64,000 nt of DNA from Bacteroidales bacterium (GTDB lineage: Bacteria; Bacteroidota; Bacteroidia; Bacteroidales; VadinHA17): positions 3,862 through 67,861 of the forward strand of contig JBBQZN010000001.1 of NCBI GenBank assembly GCA_038207725.1. The letters run 5' to 3'. Of this stretch, positions 54,271 to 64,000 are shown one piece after another. The notes under the pieces are model-generated. The model searched no databases, had not been told where the DNA came from, and worked only from the letters and a program-made list of their open reading frames with translations. Both the position numbers and the translations under genes were made by a program. The first letter of the stretch is position 1, and every line of letters begins with the position of its first letter.

Positions 54271-55389
54271 ATGAGAACAATATTATACCTGATACGAAAA
54301 GAATTTATTCAGATTTTCAGGAATAAGTTTATTTCGAAAGCCATTTTTGCAGTACCAATTGTTCAGATGCTGTTACTTGTTCCGGCTATTACATTCGAGA
54401 TTAAGAATGTGGATATGACTATTATAGATAAAGATATGACACCTGAATCAAGGGGATTGATCAGCAAACTTAAAGGCTCTTCATTCTTTAAAATTGCTTA
54501 CTCAACATTTTCAGAAGAGCAGGCACTCTCTTTGCTTCACAATAACAGATGCAATGTGATACTGCAAATTCCTGAAGGTTTCGGAAGAGACCTTATGAAT
54601 GGGGAAAAGGGGAGTCTGCTAGCTACAGTAAATGCGATAAATGCCTCTACGGCCCAATTATCATGGGCATATCTTAATGGCGTGATAAGGGATTACAATA
54701 TGGAATTGCTTTCAGCCAATATGAACTTTGCATCGGCAAGTTTATTGCCCCGCATTGAAATAACAAACAGGTACTGGTATAACGAAGAGCTTAATTACAA
54801 ATTCTATATGCTGCCAGGCATACTTGTTATTCTTGTAACAGCAATCGGATTTCTTCTGGCAGGACTTAACATGGTAAGAGAAAAAGAGATTGGAACAATT
54901 GAACAGATAAATGTAACACCTGTCAGGAAGCACCATTTTATTATTGCGAAGATGGTTCCCTTTTTGCTTATAGGACTTATTGATCTGGCATTGGGTTTAT
55001 TGATTGGCAAGATAGCATTCAATATACCCTTTGAAGGAAGTATTCTTTTAATGTTCACGGGGGGTGCCATCTTTCTAGTAGCAGTACTGGGTCTGGCTCT
55101 CTTTATTTCCACATTTTCGGATACTCAGCAGCAGTACATGTTTGTTGCTTTCTTCTGTATGATAATTTTTATCCTGATGAGTGGAATATTCACTCCTTAC
55201 GAAAGTATGCCCCGATGGGCACAGGATTTTAACCTTATTAACCCGGTTGCATATCTGATGCGTATAAACAGGATGGTAATGCTTAAAGGTTCAGGCATAA
55301 CTGACATAAGCCGCGAACTCTGGTCGCTTGTTATTATTGCTGTGTTTTTCTCAACACTGGCTGTTGGCAGATACCGGAAGACTAGTTAA
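54271..55389 (+). CDS. ABC-2-type transporter permease (paralog)
   Basis: 372 aa with the same architecture as the upstream gene. Confidence 0.85.
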   Translation: MRTILYLIRKEFIQIFRNKFISKAIFAVPIVQMLLLVPAITFEIKNVDMTIIDKDMTPESRGLISKLKGSSFFKIAYSTFSEEQALSLLHNNRCNVILQIPEGFGRDLMNGEKGSLLATVNAINASTAQLSWAYLNGVIRDYNMELLSANMNFASASLLPRIEITNRYWYNEELNYKFYMLPGILVILVTAIGFLLAGLNMVREKEIGTIEQINVTPVRKHHFIIAKMVPFLLIGLIDLALGLLIGKIAFNIPFEGSILLMFTGGAIFLVAVLGLALFISTFSDTQQQYMFVAFFCMIIFILMSGIFTPYESMPRWAQDFNLINPVAYLMRINRMVMLKGSGITDISRELWSLVIIAVFFSTLAVGRYRKTS

Positions 55390-55396
55390 ATATTTA

Positions 55397-56263
55397 CTAA
55401 TCCTCCATCATTATTGTTGCCTTGACAGGCCAGTGGTCTGATATGTAGACCCCTTTATCTTTTTTGATAATGGTACTGTGATCAATTACCTTCATGCCTG
55501 CTTTTACAAAAATATAATCGATCCTTTGCTGGGCAGGATTGTCGGTAAAACCATTAAATGTATATAATGGGCCCCAGGGCTTTTTCTGAGAGATAACAAA
55601 AGAATCGTTCATTTGAGGAACACTTTCGTCAGGACCGGTAAGAATGGCATATCCAGCTGAAGCAGGATTCATATTGAAATCCCCGGTAATAACAAATGGA
55701 TTCCCTTCAGCAATTTTCTCCACCTCTTTCAAAAGTATCCCCGAACTCATGATCCTGGCTGAATCTGAATCATGAGCAAAATGCGTATTGAAAAAGAAGA
55801 AATGCTCATGACTGTTCTTGTCTGATAGTTCCATCCAGGTAACAATCCTAGGCAGGGAGGCGCCCCATGCCATTGAACCAGGGATATCCGGTGTTTCAGA
55901 AAGCCAGAATGTTATAGTTCTTATCATATCAAACCTCTCCTTTCTGTAAAAAACAGGATTCATCTCACCGCTGCGTGCACCGTCATTACGTCCAACTCCC
56001 ACCGATGAATAATCAGTAAGAGCCGAATCAAGATATTCATACTGACTAGCCAGAACTTCCTGCATACCAAGGATATCAGGTCTCTCTGCAGTTATATACT
56101 CTGACACTTGGCTAGCTCTGTTAGACCAGGCATTTACCCCATCTTTGGGATTATCATACCTGATATTCAGTGTCATTACCTTTATGGAGTTGTCGGACTG
56201 ACGGCCACAACCTGAAATTAGCATAATAATAACTGAGAATATTATTGAAAGAAGCTTCATCAT
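55397..56263 (-). CDS. Endonuclease/exonuclease/phosphatase (EEP) family lipoprotein
   Basis: I chose the start at 56263 (MMKLLSIIFSVIIMLISGC). EEP motifs: ILGMQEV, ITGDFN, SDHWPV. Confidence 0.8.
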   Translation of the reverse strand: MMKLLSIIFSVIIMLISGCGRQSDNSIKVMTLNIRYDNPKDGVNAWSNRASQVSEYITAERPDILGMQEVLASQYEYLDSALTDYSSVGVGRNDGARSGEMNPVFYRKERFDMIRTITFWLSETPDIPGSMAWGASLPRIVTWMELSDKNSHEHFFFFNTHFAHDSDSARIMSSGILLKEVEKIAEGNPFVITGDFNMNPASAGYAILTGPDESVPQMNDSFVISQKKPWGPLYTFNGFTDNPAQQRIDYIFVKAGMKVIDHSTIIKKDKGVYISDHWPVKATIMMED

Positions 56264-56277
56264 TTTTATAGTTTTCA

Positions 56278-56285
56278 CAAAGATA
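56278..56285 (-). promoter_or_regulatory. Candidate -7 box (TATCTTTG) for the EEP lipoprotein gene
   Basis: Plus-strand CAAAGATA, 15 nt upstream of the ATG at 56263. This argues against the longer ORF start at 56308. Confidence 0.3.
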
Positions 56286-56366
56286 CTTATCAGAATGATA
56301 ATAAGCACTACGGTTCAATTACAGCTTCTCATATTTAATGCTGAGGGCTTGTGTACATAATATTTA

Positions 56367-56374
56367 TATATTTG
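56367..56374 (+). promoter_or_regulatory. Candidate -7 box (TATATTTG) for mutL
   Basis: 21 nt upstream of the ATG at 56395. Confidence 0.35.
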
Positions 56375-56394
56375 TGCAATTGTTTTTCAATCTG

Positions 56395-58203
56395 ATGCCT
56401 GATGTAATTAAACTTTTACCCGACTCCGTTGCAAACCAGATTGCTGCCGGAGAAGTAATACAGAGACCAGCCTCTGTGGTAAAGGAACTTGTCGAGAACT
56501 CAGTCGACGCCGGAGGAAAAAATATTACAGTTATAATTAAGGATTCCGGAAAGACCCTTATACAGATTATTGACGACGGGTCAGGTATGTCGGAGACCGA
56601 TGCAAGGCTATCCTTTGAACGCCACGCCACCTCAAAAATAACTACTGCCAGCGACTTATTCACCATAACAACAAAAGGATTCAGGGGTGAAGCACTTGCC
56701 TCAATAGCAGCAGTAGCCATGGTTGAGCTGAAAACAAGGAAGGCTGACAGTGAAACAGGTGTAATAATAGTCATTAACGGCTCGAAAACTGAAAAACAGG
56801 AGCCATGCAGCTGCCCTCCCGGTTCCAGCTTCTCAGTTAAAAACCTGTTTTATAACATACCGGCCCGGCGGAAGTTTCTGAAATCAGACAATACCGAAAT
56901 GAGGCATATTGTAAATGAATTTCAGAAGATAGTACTGGCTCACCCCGATATAAGGTTTTATCTTTATCACAATGATACCGAGGTCTATAACCTTTCTGCA
57001 GGAAACCTTCGCCAACGCATAATAGGAGTTTTTGGCAAACAGATTAACCAGGATCTTATTACACTGGAAACAGAAACAAGCCTTATAGTAATCAAAGGGT
57101 TTATCGGTAAACCGGAGAATGCCAGAAGAACTTTCGGAGAACAGTTCTTTTTTGTGAATAACCGGTTTATGAAACATCCTTATTTTCATAAAGCCGTGGC
57201 AGAGGCTTACCAGAATATTCTGCCTCCCGAAGCAATCCCTTCATACTTTATATTTATGGAAGCTGATCCTGCTTCTATTGATATAAACATTCATCCCACA
57301 AAAACTGAAATCAAGTTCGAAGATGAAAGGGCTATCTGGCAGATACTTATGGCCTCCGTGCGGGAAGCTCTGGGCAGGTTTAACATTGTCCCTTCACTTG
57401 ACTTTGAGAATGAAGCATTAATTGACATACCTGTCAGAAGTTCCTCAGGGCATATTCCTGAGGCTCCACGGATTGATATCAATCCGCAATATAATCCCTT
57501 TGACGGAGAAGAAAAAAATTATGAAAGACCGGGTTTTGTAGAACGCTTCGAGAAAGAAAACACTGAAAACTGGGAGAAGTTATATTCATCATTCGAGAAA
57601 GAAAATGAAGATCCCGACAGGTTTGCCAGATTAAAAGACTCCCTTCGCAAATTCTTCCAGATAAGAAATAAATACATAATTTGTCCGGTTAAATCGGGAC
57701 TAATGATTATTGATCAGAAGAGAGCACACGAGAGGATATTATATGAGAGATTTCTCAATTGTCTCAGCAGTGAACGGACAGTTAGTCAGACTGATATGTT
57801 TCCTGTGACCTCTGAAGTCAATCCTTCTGATTATTATATTCTCAAAGAGATTGAAAATGAACTTGAGCTTCTCGGATTCAGAATTCAATTCTCAGGAAAT
57901 AATAAGATTACAATAAATGGAAGACCAGCCGGCAGCGAATCGTCAGATCCGGTTGAAATGCTTCAGATACTTGTTGAGGAGTATAAGACAACAAAATCTG
58001 ATCCATCAACAGGGGCCAGAGAGAAAATTGCCTCAGCGATGGCCGGGGCCTCAGCAATACCTTATGGAAAAACACTGAATCAGAATGAAATGGAAGATCT
58101 TTTTGATTCCCTTTTTGCATGTTCAACACCTAATTATTCGCCAAAAGGAAAACCTGTAGTTAATATACTCACTCTCGAAGAATTGGATAAAAGGTTCAAA
58201 TAG
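56395..58203 (+). CDS. mutL: DNA mismatch repair protein MutL
   Basis: IKLLPDSVANQIAAGEVIQRPASVVKELVENS.DAG and GFRGEAL. I chose the ATG at 56395. Confidence 0.95.
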   Translation: MPDVIKLLPDSVANQIAAGEVIQRPASVVKELVENSVDAGGKNITVIIKDSGKTLIQIIDDGSGMSETDARLSFERHATSKITTASDLFTITTKGFRGEALASIAAVAMVELKTRKADSETGVIIVINGSKTEKQEPCSCPPGSSFSVKNLFYNIPARRKFLKSDNTEMRHIVNEFQKIVLAHPDIRFYLYHNDTEVYNLSAGNLRQRIIGVFGKQINQDLITLETETSLIVIKGFIGKPENARRTFGEQFFFVNNRFMKHPYFHKAVAEAYQNILPPEAIPSYFIFMEADPASIDINIHPTKTEIKFEDERAIWQILMASVREALGRFNIVPSLDFENEALIDIPVRSSSGHIPEAPRIDINPQYNPFDGEEKNYERPGFVERFEKENTENWEKLYSSFEKENEDPDRFARLKDSLRKFFQIRNKYIICPVKSGLMIIDQKRAHERILYERFLNCLSSERTVSQTDMFPVTSEVNPSDYYILKEIENELELLGFRIQFSGNNKITINGRPAGSESSDPVEMLQILVEEYKTTKSDPSTGAREKIASAMAGASAIPYGKTLNQNEMEDLFDSLFACSTPNYSPKGKPVVNILTLEELDKRFK

Positions 58204-58291
58204 GATCGTGTGACAATTTGACTGATTTTACTTAAAAGCTAAATTTTGGCTTAACAATTGAAGATAACTGACATTGCTTAATAAAATATAG

Positions 58292-59035
58292 ATGAACGGA
58301 TACGGCAGAGGATTTTTCGGGTTACCCCCGGTTGTGAAGAATATTATAATGCTCAATATAATTATGCTTTTAGCAGGTTATGCGACTAAAAGTGTTTTTG
58401 GAATTGATCTGACAATGGAACTCGGGATGTATTTCCCAAAATCGGAAGTATTCAGGCCTTTCCAGATTGTAACTCACATCTTTATGCATGGGGGCTTTAT
58501 GCATCTTCTTCTGAACATGTATGCCCTTTATATCTTCGGACAGGTACTTGAGAATGTATGGGGACCAAAAAGGTTCTTTATCTATTATATGGTCTGCGGG
58601 CTTGGTGCTGTTTTTGTTCATGAGACAGTTATCCTTTTCCAGTATGAAAAACTCATGAATCTTATAAGCCCTGAACAGCTGCAGATCGTTCTAGATGAGG
58701 GAACTGCATTTTTCAGAGAAGGAAAAGTATTTACAGATCAGAATATGCAGGACCTGCAGATACTTCTTAATACTCCGACGGTAGGAGCTTCAGGAGCTGT
58801 TTTCGGAATACTTCTTGCCTTCGGTGTTTTATTTCCAAATACCCAACTAATGCTTCTAATACCCCCTATTCCTATAAAAGCCAAATATCTGGTAATTGGA
58901 TATGGAGCAATTGAACTTTACTTCGCAATGACTCAGCCAAACAGCAATATTGCACATGCAGCACATCTCGGGGGGATGCTGTTCGGCTACCTGCTGATCA
59001 GATACTGGAGAAAAACAACTAACACGCTTTACTAA
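58292..59035 (+). CDS. Rhomboid-family intramembrane serine protease
   Basis: HIFMHGGFMHLLLNM, the catalytic GASGAVFG, and AHLGGMLFG. Confidence 0.85.
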   Translation: MNGYGRGFFGLPPVVKNIIMLNIIMLLAGYATKSVFGIDLTMELGMYFPKSEVFRPFQIVTHIFMHGGFMHLLLNMYALYIFGQVLENVWGPKRFFIYYMVCGLGAVFVHETVILFQYEKLMNLISPEQLQIVLDEGTAFFREGKVFTDQNMQDLQILLNTPTVGASGAVFGILLAFGVLFPNTQLMLLIPPIPIKAKYLVIGYGAIELYFAMTQPNSNIAHAAHLGGMLFGYLLIRYWRKTTNTLY

Positions 59036-59922
59036 TGGGAATCTGGGACGAAATAAAGGCAACTTTCAGAAATGGGAGTAACCTTAGCAGGATCATATAT
59101 ATAAACATAGGGGTATTCATCGCTATAACGATCGTAACCCTGATCGGAATACTGCTTGTTAAGCCTGAAATTGCCGATATGGCACTAAGGCTTCTATCTG
59201 TTCCATCGTCATTATCAAGTCTGCTTACACGACCCTGGACCCTTATCACATACATGTTCCTCCATAAAGATATATGGCATATTCTTTTCAATATGCTGTG
59301 GCTCTACTGGTTCGGCAAAATCTTTCTTGAATACCTCGATCAGCGAAAACTTGTTGCTGTATACCTTCTGGGGGGCATCAGCGGAGCAATTCTCTATATC
59401 TTTTCATTTAATGTTTTCCCGGCTTTTGCCGGCTTAGTGGCAGATTCGGTTGCTATTGGAGCATCAGCTTCAGTACTGGCAATAGTTATAGCAATAGCAG
59501 CATATGTACCTGATTATACAGTACAACTCTTTCTTTTCGGAAGGATTAAAATAAAATATGTAGCCCTTGCCATCTTTGTTTTTACCTCATTCATGGATTT
59601 TTCAAATAATTCAGGTGGTAAACTGGCTCATATTGGCGGAGCACTCTTTGGATATCTTTATACGCTGAACCTCCGGCAGGGAAGGGATATTGGCAAAAGC
59701 CTCAATAAGTTTATTGACGCTTTTGCAACACTTCTCAAGCCGCGCAAAAAGCTAAAAGTGACTCACAAAAAAGCCGCAAATGAGTTTGAGTATAACAAGA
59801 CGAAGACTGAACACCAGGCAAAAATAAACTCTATCCTCGACAAAATTTCAAAAGGAGGGTATGACAGCCTTACAAAAGAAGAGAAGGAGATGCTTTTCAA
59901 TGAGAGTCAGAAAAAAAATTGA
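59035..59922 (+). CDS. Rhomboid-family protein (paralog) with a basic C-terminal tail
   Basis: YMFLHKDIWHILFNM, GASASVLA and AHIGGALFG. Start overlaps the upstream stop codon. Confidence 0.8.
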   Translation: MGIWDEIKATFRNGSNLSRIIYINIGVFIAITIVTLIGILLVKPEIADMALRLLSVPSSLSSLLTRPWTLITYMFLHKDIWHILFNMLWLYWFGKIFLEYLDQRKLVAVYLLGGISGAILYIFSFNVFPAFAGLVADSVAIGASASVLAIVIAIAAYVPDYTVQLFLFGRIKIKYVALAIFVFTSFMDFSNNSGGKLAHIGGALFGYLYTLNLRQGRDIGKSLNKFIDAFATLLKPRKKLKVTHKKAANEFEYNKTKTEHQAKINSILDKISKGGYDSLTKEEKEMLFNESQKKN

Positions 59923-60035
59923 CCTTCTGAATCAGTCAGTTTATACATGCTTTGAACCAACTCATCAAAAACAGCCCGAAGGCAACAGTTTTTATCCCCG
60001 ATAAAGGGTAAATTCGTATTCAGTAAAATAAAACT

Positions 60036-61118
60036 TTGAAAAAGGTCATATATAAAGTCCTGCTTGTTGTTAATGCAATATTTGCACTTTTCCTTTTGCT
60101 TTCATATCTGGCAGTTCATGTTAATCCTGAAGACTTTGCTTTGCCCGCCTTATTCGGACTCGCTTACCCATACCTCTTGCTCATCAACCTGATAATTGTG
60201 ATTATCTGGGCTATGCTTTTAAGATTTGAAGCCATTATCTCAGTTGTGATCATAGCAATTGGGTTTACCCATTTTTCAAACTATATTAAACTGGCAAAAC
60301 CTAGTGGCGATAAGACAAACACATTCAAAGTAATGAGCTATAATGTAAGACTGTTCAATTACTTTGAGAGCAAAAAGAGTGTCAGCTCCGAATCAAAAGT
60401 TGTAGAATTCCTTAGTTCACAGAAACCCGACATCCTCTGTCTCCAGGAGTTTTATGTGATGGGCAATCCTACCGATAAGGAGAATTCTATTAAGAAAGCA
60501 CTTGGCGGCAAGTACTATTCACATATGAAAGTAATAGGAAGCGGCAAAAACAGGTACTATGGGATTGTGACATACAGCAAATATCCTATAATTAAAAAAG
60601 GAGAGATAATTCACCCGGGGTCATCAAGTCTCTCAATTTATACTGATGTTTTAATCAGCAAAGACACTTTCAGAATATATAATAACCACCTTCAGTCTTT
60701 CAGGCTAAAGAAGATGGAACGCTCATTCATTGAAGAACTTACACTCCCTAATGACAAAGAGACACTTGCTGAAGTAAAGAGCCTGGGGGTCAGCCTTAAA
60801 AAAGGATTCGTAAAAAGAGCACTTCAGTCCCAGGTAGTTAAAGCCCATATAAACAGATCACCATTTCCTGTTATAGTGGTTGGCGATTTTAACGATACTC
60901 CTGTTTCATATGCCTATAGAAAAATCCGTAAAGGATTGAATGACTCCTTCGTAAGCTCGGGTTATGGCGCCGGATTCACATATAAGGGCAATTACCCTCC
61001 TAACCGTATAGATTATATTCTTTACGATAAAGCCCTTACAAGTACAAGTTTTGAAATAAAAAAAGTGAAATATTCTGACCACTATCCTATTATCGCGTGG
61101 CTCAGGAAAAGGAACTAG
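60036..61118 (+). CDS. Membrane-anchored EEP-family protein
   Basis: Three N-terminal TM segments, then ILCLQEF, VVGDFND and SDHYPI. TTG start as in the ORF track. Confidence 0.75.
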   Translation: MKKVIYKVLLVVNAIFALFLLLSYLAVHVNPEDFALPALFGLAYPYLLLINLIIVIIWAMLLRFEAIISVVIIAIGFTHFSNYIKLAKPSGDKTNTFKVMSYNVRLFNYFESKKSVSSESKVVEFLSSQKPDILCLQEFYVMGNPTDKENSIKKALGGKYYSHMKVIGSGKNRYYGIVTYSKYPIIKKGEIIHPGSSSLSIYTDVLISKDTFRIYNNHLQSFRLKKMERSFIEELTLPNDKETLAEVKSLGVSLKKGFVKRALQSQVVKAHINRSPFPVIVVGDFNDTPVSYAYRKIRKGLNDSFVSSGYGAGFTYKGNYPPNRIDYILYDKALTSTSFEIKKVKYSDHYPIIAWLRKRN

Positions 61119-62059
61119 AAGGGTAATCTTCTGAAATCCACATTACCACCTGAAATAATCAATCCAACTTTTTTCCCTTTGAAATAATCAGGATTTTCTT
61201 TAATCACTGCCAGAGCCGTTGCTGATGAAGGTTCAATTATTATCTTCATTCTTTCCCACACAAAAAGCATCGATTCGATTATCGACTCCTCAGTAGCCGT
61301 AAATATCTCATCAACATTTTCTTTTATAATTGCAAAGGTGAGCTCACTGAGAGAAGTGAGAAGTCCGTCGGCTACTGTTAAAGGATTAACAGAAGGGGTC
61401 AGAATTCCTGTTTTAAGTGAAGTAAAGGCATCATTTGCATTAAGTGGTTCTGCTCCTATTACTTTAATTTTGCTGTTTGTATTTTTTACAGCTATTGATG
61501 TGCCGCTCAAAAGCCCTCCCCCACCAACCGGTGCAATAACAATATCAAGGTCATCCTTCTGTTCAAGAAGCTCAAGGGCAGAAGTACCCTGGCCGCATAT
61601 TACATTAAAATTATCATAGGGATGCACAAGAGTTGCGCCTCGCATATTCATAATCTCTTTTGTAGTCCCTTCGCGCGACTCAAGAGTAGACTTGCAGAAA
61701 GTGATCTCAGCACCATAGCCGGCAACAGCATTCTTTTTAACAACCGGAGCATTTTCAGGCATCACTATATATGCCTTTACCCCGTTCATTGCGGCTGCAA
61801 GGGCCAGAGCAGCAGCATGGTTTCCGGAAGAATGAGTGACAACTCCTCTTCTCTTTTCATCATCAGTGAGTGAGAGAACCGCATTTAAAGCTCCCCTGAA
61901 TTTAAAGGCACCCACCTTCTGAAAGTTTTCACATTTGAAGAACAACTCACAATTAAATTTTTCATTAACCAACCTGGAGCTTAGTACAGGGGTATAATGA
62001 ATAAATGGTCTTATTCTGCTGTGTGCTGATTGAATATCTGGCAGAGAAGGTAGTTTCAT
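61115..62059 (-). CDS. PLP-dependent serine/threonine dehydratase family enzyme (serine-racemase-like)
   Basis: FKCENFQKVGAFKFRGALNA (PLP Lys), HSSGNHAAALALAA, PVGGGGLLSG. Confidence 0.85.
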   Translation of the reverse strand: MKLPSLPDIQSAHSRIRPFIHYTPVLSSRLVNEKFNCELFFKCENFQKVGAFKFRGALNAVLSLTDDEKRRGVVTHSSGNHAAALALAAAMNGVKAYIVMPENAPVVKKNAVAGYGAEITFCKSTLESREGTTKEIMNMRGATLVHPYDNFNVICGQGTSALELLEQKDDLDIVIAPVGGGGLLSGTSIAVKNTNSKIKVIGAEPLNANDAFTSLKTGILTPSVNPLTVADGLLTSLSELTFAIIKENVDEIFTATEESIIESMLFVWERMKIIIEPSSATALAVIKENPDYFKGKKVGLIISGGNVDFRRLPF

Positions 62060-62072
62060 ATTATAGTTTTTT

Positions 62073-62080
62073 CAAAAATA
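62073..62080 (-). promoter_or_regulatory. Candidate -7 box (TATTTTTG) for the dehydratase gene
   Basis: Plus-strand CAAAAATA, 14 nt upstream of the ATG at 62059. Confidence 0.3.
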
Positions 62081-62126
62081 ATATATAATAAGCATTAATT
62101 TAGCAGAAATTTTAAATGACATAAAT

Positions 62127-62789
62127 ATGATCATATTGAATATCCGGGGAGTTCTCCTGCAGACTCAGTTAACAGATACCAGCACAGTTGATAATGTAGC
62201 TGAACTGCTGATGAAAGGGGGATTTATTATGATCCCGATAATACTTCTTTCATTGTTGAGTATTTATATTTTTATTGAAAGATTTAATTATATCCGCAAA
62301 AACAGCGTTGTAGATCAGCCACTTGTAAAAAGCATTATAAGCGAAATAAGAAGTAAACAAACCGGTTCAGCCCTTCTTAAAGCAAAACAAAGCAACACCT
62401 CAATGGGAAGAATTCTCGAAAGTGGACTGAACCAGACAGGGCGCTCACCTAAAGAGCTTGAAGGATACATGGAGTCGACTGCTAACCTTGAGATTTCGAT
62501 GATGGAAAAAGATACAGGGTATCTGGGAATTATTGCAGGCATTGCTCCGATGCTTGGCTTCATTGGAACAATCTCAGGAGTAATAAAAATCTTCTATAAC
62601 ATTTCGCTGGCTGATAATATAAGTATAGGGATCATAGCCGGTGGCTTATACCAGAAGATGATTTGCAGCGGAACAGGTCTTATTGTAGGAGTGATAGCTT
62701 ACGCATGCTATCATTATCTTCATATGATGATCGACCGTTTTTCAATAAACATGCAGCGGGAAGCAAATGAAGTTGTAAAAGCTTTTTGA
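62127..62789 (+). CDS. exbB: MotA/TolQ/ExbB proton-channel protein
   Basis: LLMKGGFIMIPIILLSLLSIYIFIERF and GIAPMLGFIGT. Three TM segments. Confidence 0.85.
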   Translation: MIILNIRGVLLQTQLTDTSTVDNVAELLMKGGFIMIPIILLSLLSIYIFIERFNYIRKNSVVDQPLVKSIISEIRSKQTGSALLKAKQSNTSMGRILESGLNQTGRSPKELEGYMESTANLEISMMEKDTGYLGIIAGIAPMLGFIGTISGVIKIFYNISLADNISIGIIAGGLYQKMICSGTGLIVGVIAYACYHYLHMMIDRFSINMQREANEVVKAF

Positions 62790-62790
62790 G

Positions 62791-63195
62791 ATGAAAATTA
62801 CCAGAAAAAGACATTTCAAACCAGAGGTCAGCACCTCTTCTCTGAATGATATAATGTTCTTTCTTCTTCTTTTCTTCCTGATAGTATCTTCGCTTGCTAA
62901 CCCTAATGTTATAAAGCTTCTGCTACCTGATTCAAAATCGGCACAGAACCTGAATAAACAGCAGGTAACAATTTCAGTAACAAAAGAGAAGAATTACTTT
63001 ATCGACAATCGTCAGATTGCCTTCAGCGATATTGAACCCCTCATCAAATCACGAACTGCCTCTCTCCAGGAACCTACCGTAATTCTGCGACTTGAGAATT
63101 CCCTAACAGTACAAGACCTTGTTGATATCCTTGAGATAGGGAACAGACTTAAGGTTAAGATGGTAATGGCAACAAATAAAAAGAGTCTTCCTTAA
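62791..63195 (+). CDS. exbD: ExbD/TolR biopolymer transport protein
   Basis: 134 aa with LNDIMFFLLLFFLI as the TM and a C-terminal periplasmic domain. Confidence 0.85.
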   Translation: MKITRKRHFKPEVSTSSLNDIMFFLLLFFLIVSSLANPNVIKLLLPDSKSAQNLNKQQVTISVTKEKNYFIDNRQIAFSDIEPLIKSRTASLQEPTVILRLENSLTVQDLVDILEIGNRLKVKMVMATNKKSLP

Positions 63196-63315
63196 CCTTT
63201 TAACTGTTGAAATTTCATTCTTTTACCTAAGCAAAATGTGCTAATCAAAACAAAATAGTTTTTATCTTGCATCCTTATTTTTTAGCACCTTATCTAATTA
63301 AACACCTCTGGATAA

Positions 63316-64000
63316 ATGAAAAACACTTTTAAAACATCCCTCTTAAATAATGGCAGGAAACTGTTCATGTTCGCAATTATTTTATTCTCCCCTCTGTCAC
63401 TTTTTGCAGCAGGAGGCAATGTCCCCTCGATTGGACCAGTAAGAATTGAATTTGTAATATTCGGACTTATCCTGCTTGGGGTTGCATTGTTTCATAAACA
63501 GACATTCTGGGTTGCAATAACAGGTCTCGCTGTACTTCTGACTTTCAAACTGATTTTTGACCCGGGGTTTCATTTTATCGGGCACATCTTCGGCACAGCA
63601 CCCTTGGGAGAACAACTTATGGATAAAGCTTTGCGCGAGGGTGAGTGGGGAATTATCCTTAACCTGCTTGGTTTATTACTCGGATTTGCAATTCTTTCCA
63701 AAATATTTGAAGAGTCAGGAGTGCCTGATGTACTGCCGAAATTTCTTCCTGATGACTGGAAGGGACCTTTCCTTCTTCTTGTCTTCGTTTTTATACTGTC
63801 AGCCTTCCTTGATAACATTGCTGCAGCTCTGATCGGAGGAACAATCGCACTTGTTGTTTTCAAGAAGAAAGTACATATAGGTTATATAGCTGCAATTGTT
63901 GCTGCCAGTAACGCAGGAGGCAGCGGAAGTGTTTTAGGCGATACAACAACTACAATGATGTGGATTGATGGTGTAAGTGCCTTAAATGTATTACATGCTT
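63316..64000 (+). CDS. ArsB/NhaD-superfamily (citrate-transporter-like) permease, 3' end outside window
   Basis: Not in the ORF track because it has no stop. The ATG at 63316 opens a frame with no stop codon through base 64000. Translation includes LSAFLDNIAAALIGG and NAGGSGSVLGDTTTTMMWI. Confidence 0.7.
   Translation, partial: MKNTFKTSLLNNGRKLFMFAIILFSPLSLFAAGGNVPSIGPVRIEFVIFGLILLGVALFHKQTFWVAITGLAVLLTFKLIFDPGFHFIGHIFGTAPLGEQLMDKALREGEWGIILNLLGLLLGFAILSKIFEESGVPDVLPKFLPDDWKGPFLLLVFVFILSAFLDNIAAALIGGTIALVVFKKKVHIGYIAAIVAASNAGGSGSVLGDTTTTMMWIDGVSALNVLHA

Noticed and set aside
1-64000. Search for tRNA, rRNA, tmRNA, CRISPR arrays, transposases, integrases, phage or defence-system genes
   Set aside because: I found no T-arm-like GGTTCGAATCC motif, no rRNA-like stretch, no array of three or more spaced repeats, and no recombinase/RT/nuclease-helicase gene sets. 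The window appears to be core chromosome with only small repeat elements.

Overview
64-kb AT-rich chromosomal segment. Gene content, lipoprotein signals and recurring TAnnTTTG -7 promoter boxes point to Bacteroidota. I call about 57 protein genes. I saw no rRNA, tRNA, CRISPR array, transposase, integrase or phage genes. Most of the window is housekeeping: clpX 3' end, thyA-folA, rplU-rpmA, serS, ruvC, greA, ahcY, ribF, lpxH, comM, amtB-glnK, mutL plus two rhomboids, and exbBD. Three blocks stand out. (1) 14.0-25.1 kb is a glycogen island: a GH13 branching enzyme, a 1407-aa GT3 glycogen synthase::GT35 phosphorylase fusion, a GH57 with a Lys/Ala-rich tail, a GT4 and a GDE-type debrancher. (2) 30.3-38.1 kb is the best candidate for an undescribed system. 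It is a minus-strand operon with a sigma-54-like promoter and palindromic upstream sites. It encodes a PstS-like periplasmic domain fused through one TM to a GcvH-like domain, a Tat-exported 4x[4Fe-4S] protein, an NrfD-type membrane protein and a second TM-anchored GcvH-like protein. A sensor kinase with CXXCH/CX4CH motifs in its periplasmic loop and an NtrC-type activator follow. No catalytic subunit is present. (3) 45.3-48.1 kb is a PadR-led operon of two polytopic proteins built from repeated FKIQHWPGAG (GldL-like) TM hairpins plus a GldM-N-like helical domain. Other items: a TetR-TolC-HlyD-2xABC-2xABC-2 permease efflux operon carrying GC-rich hairpin repeats, a tandem-duplicated SiaB-like protein next to an archaemetzincin, two decayed gene remnants, repeats copying the comM 3' end, and four convergent gene pairs whose stop codons overlap in CTAR. 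All family assignments come from motif recognition by eye, not from searches.
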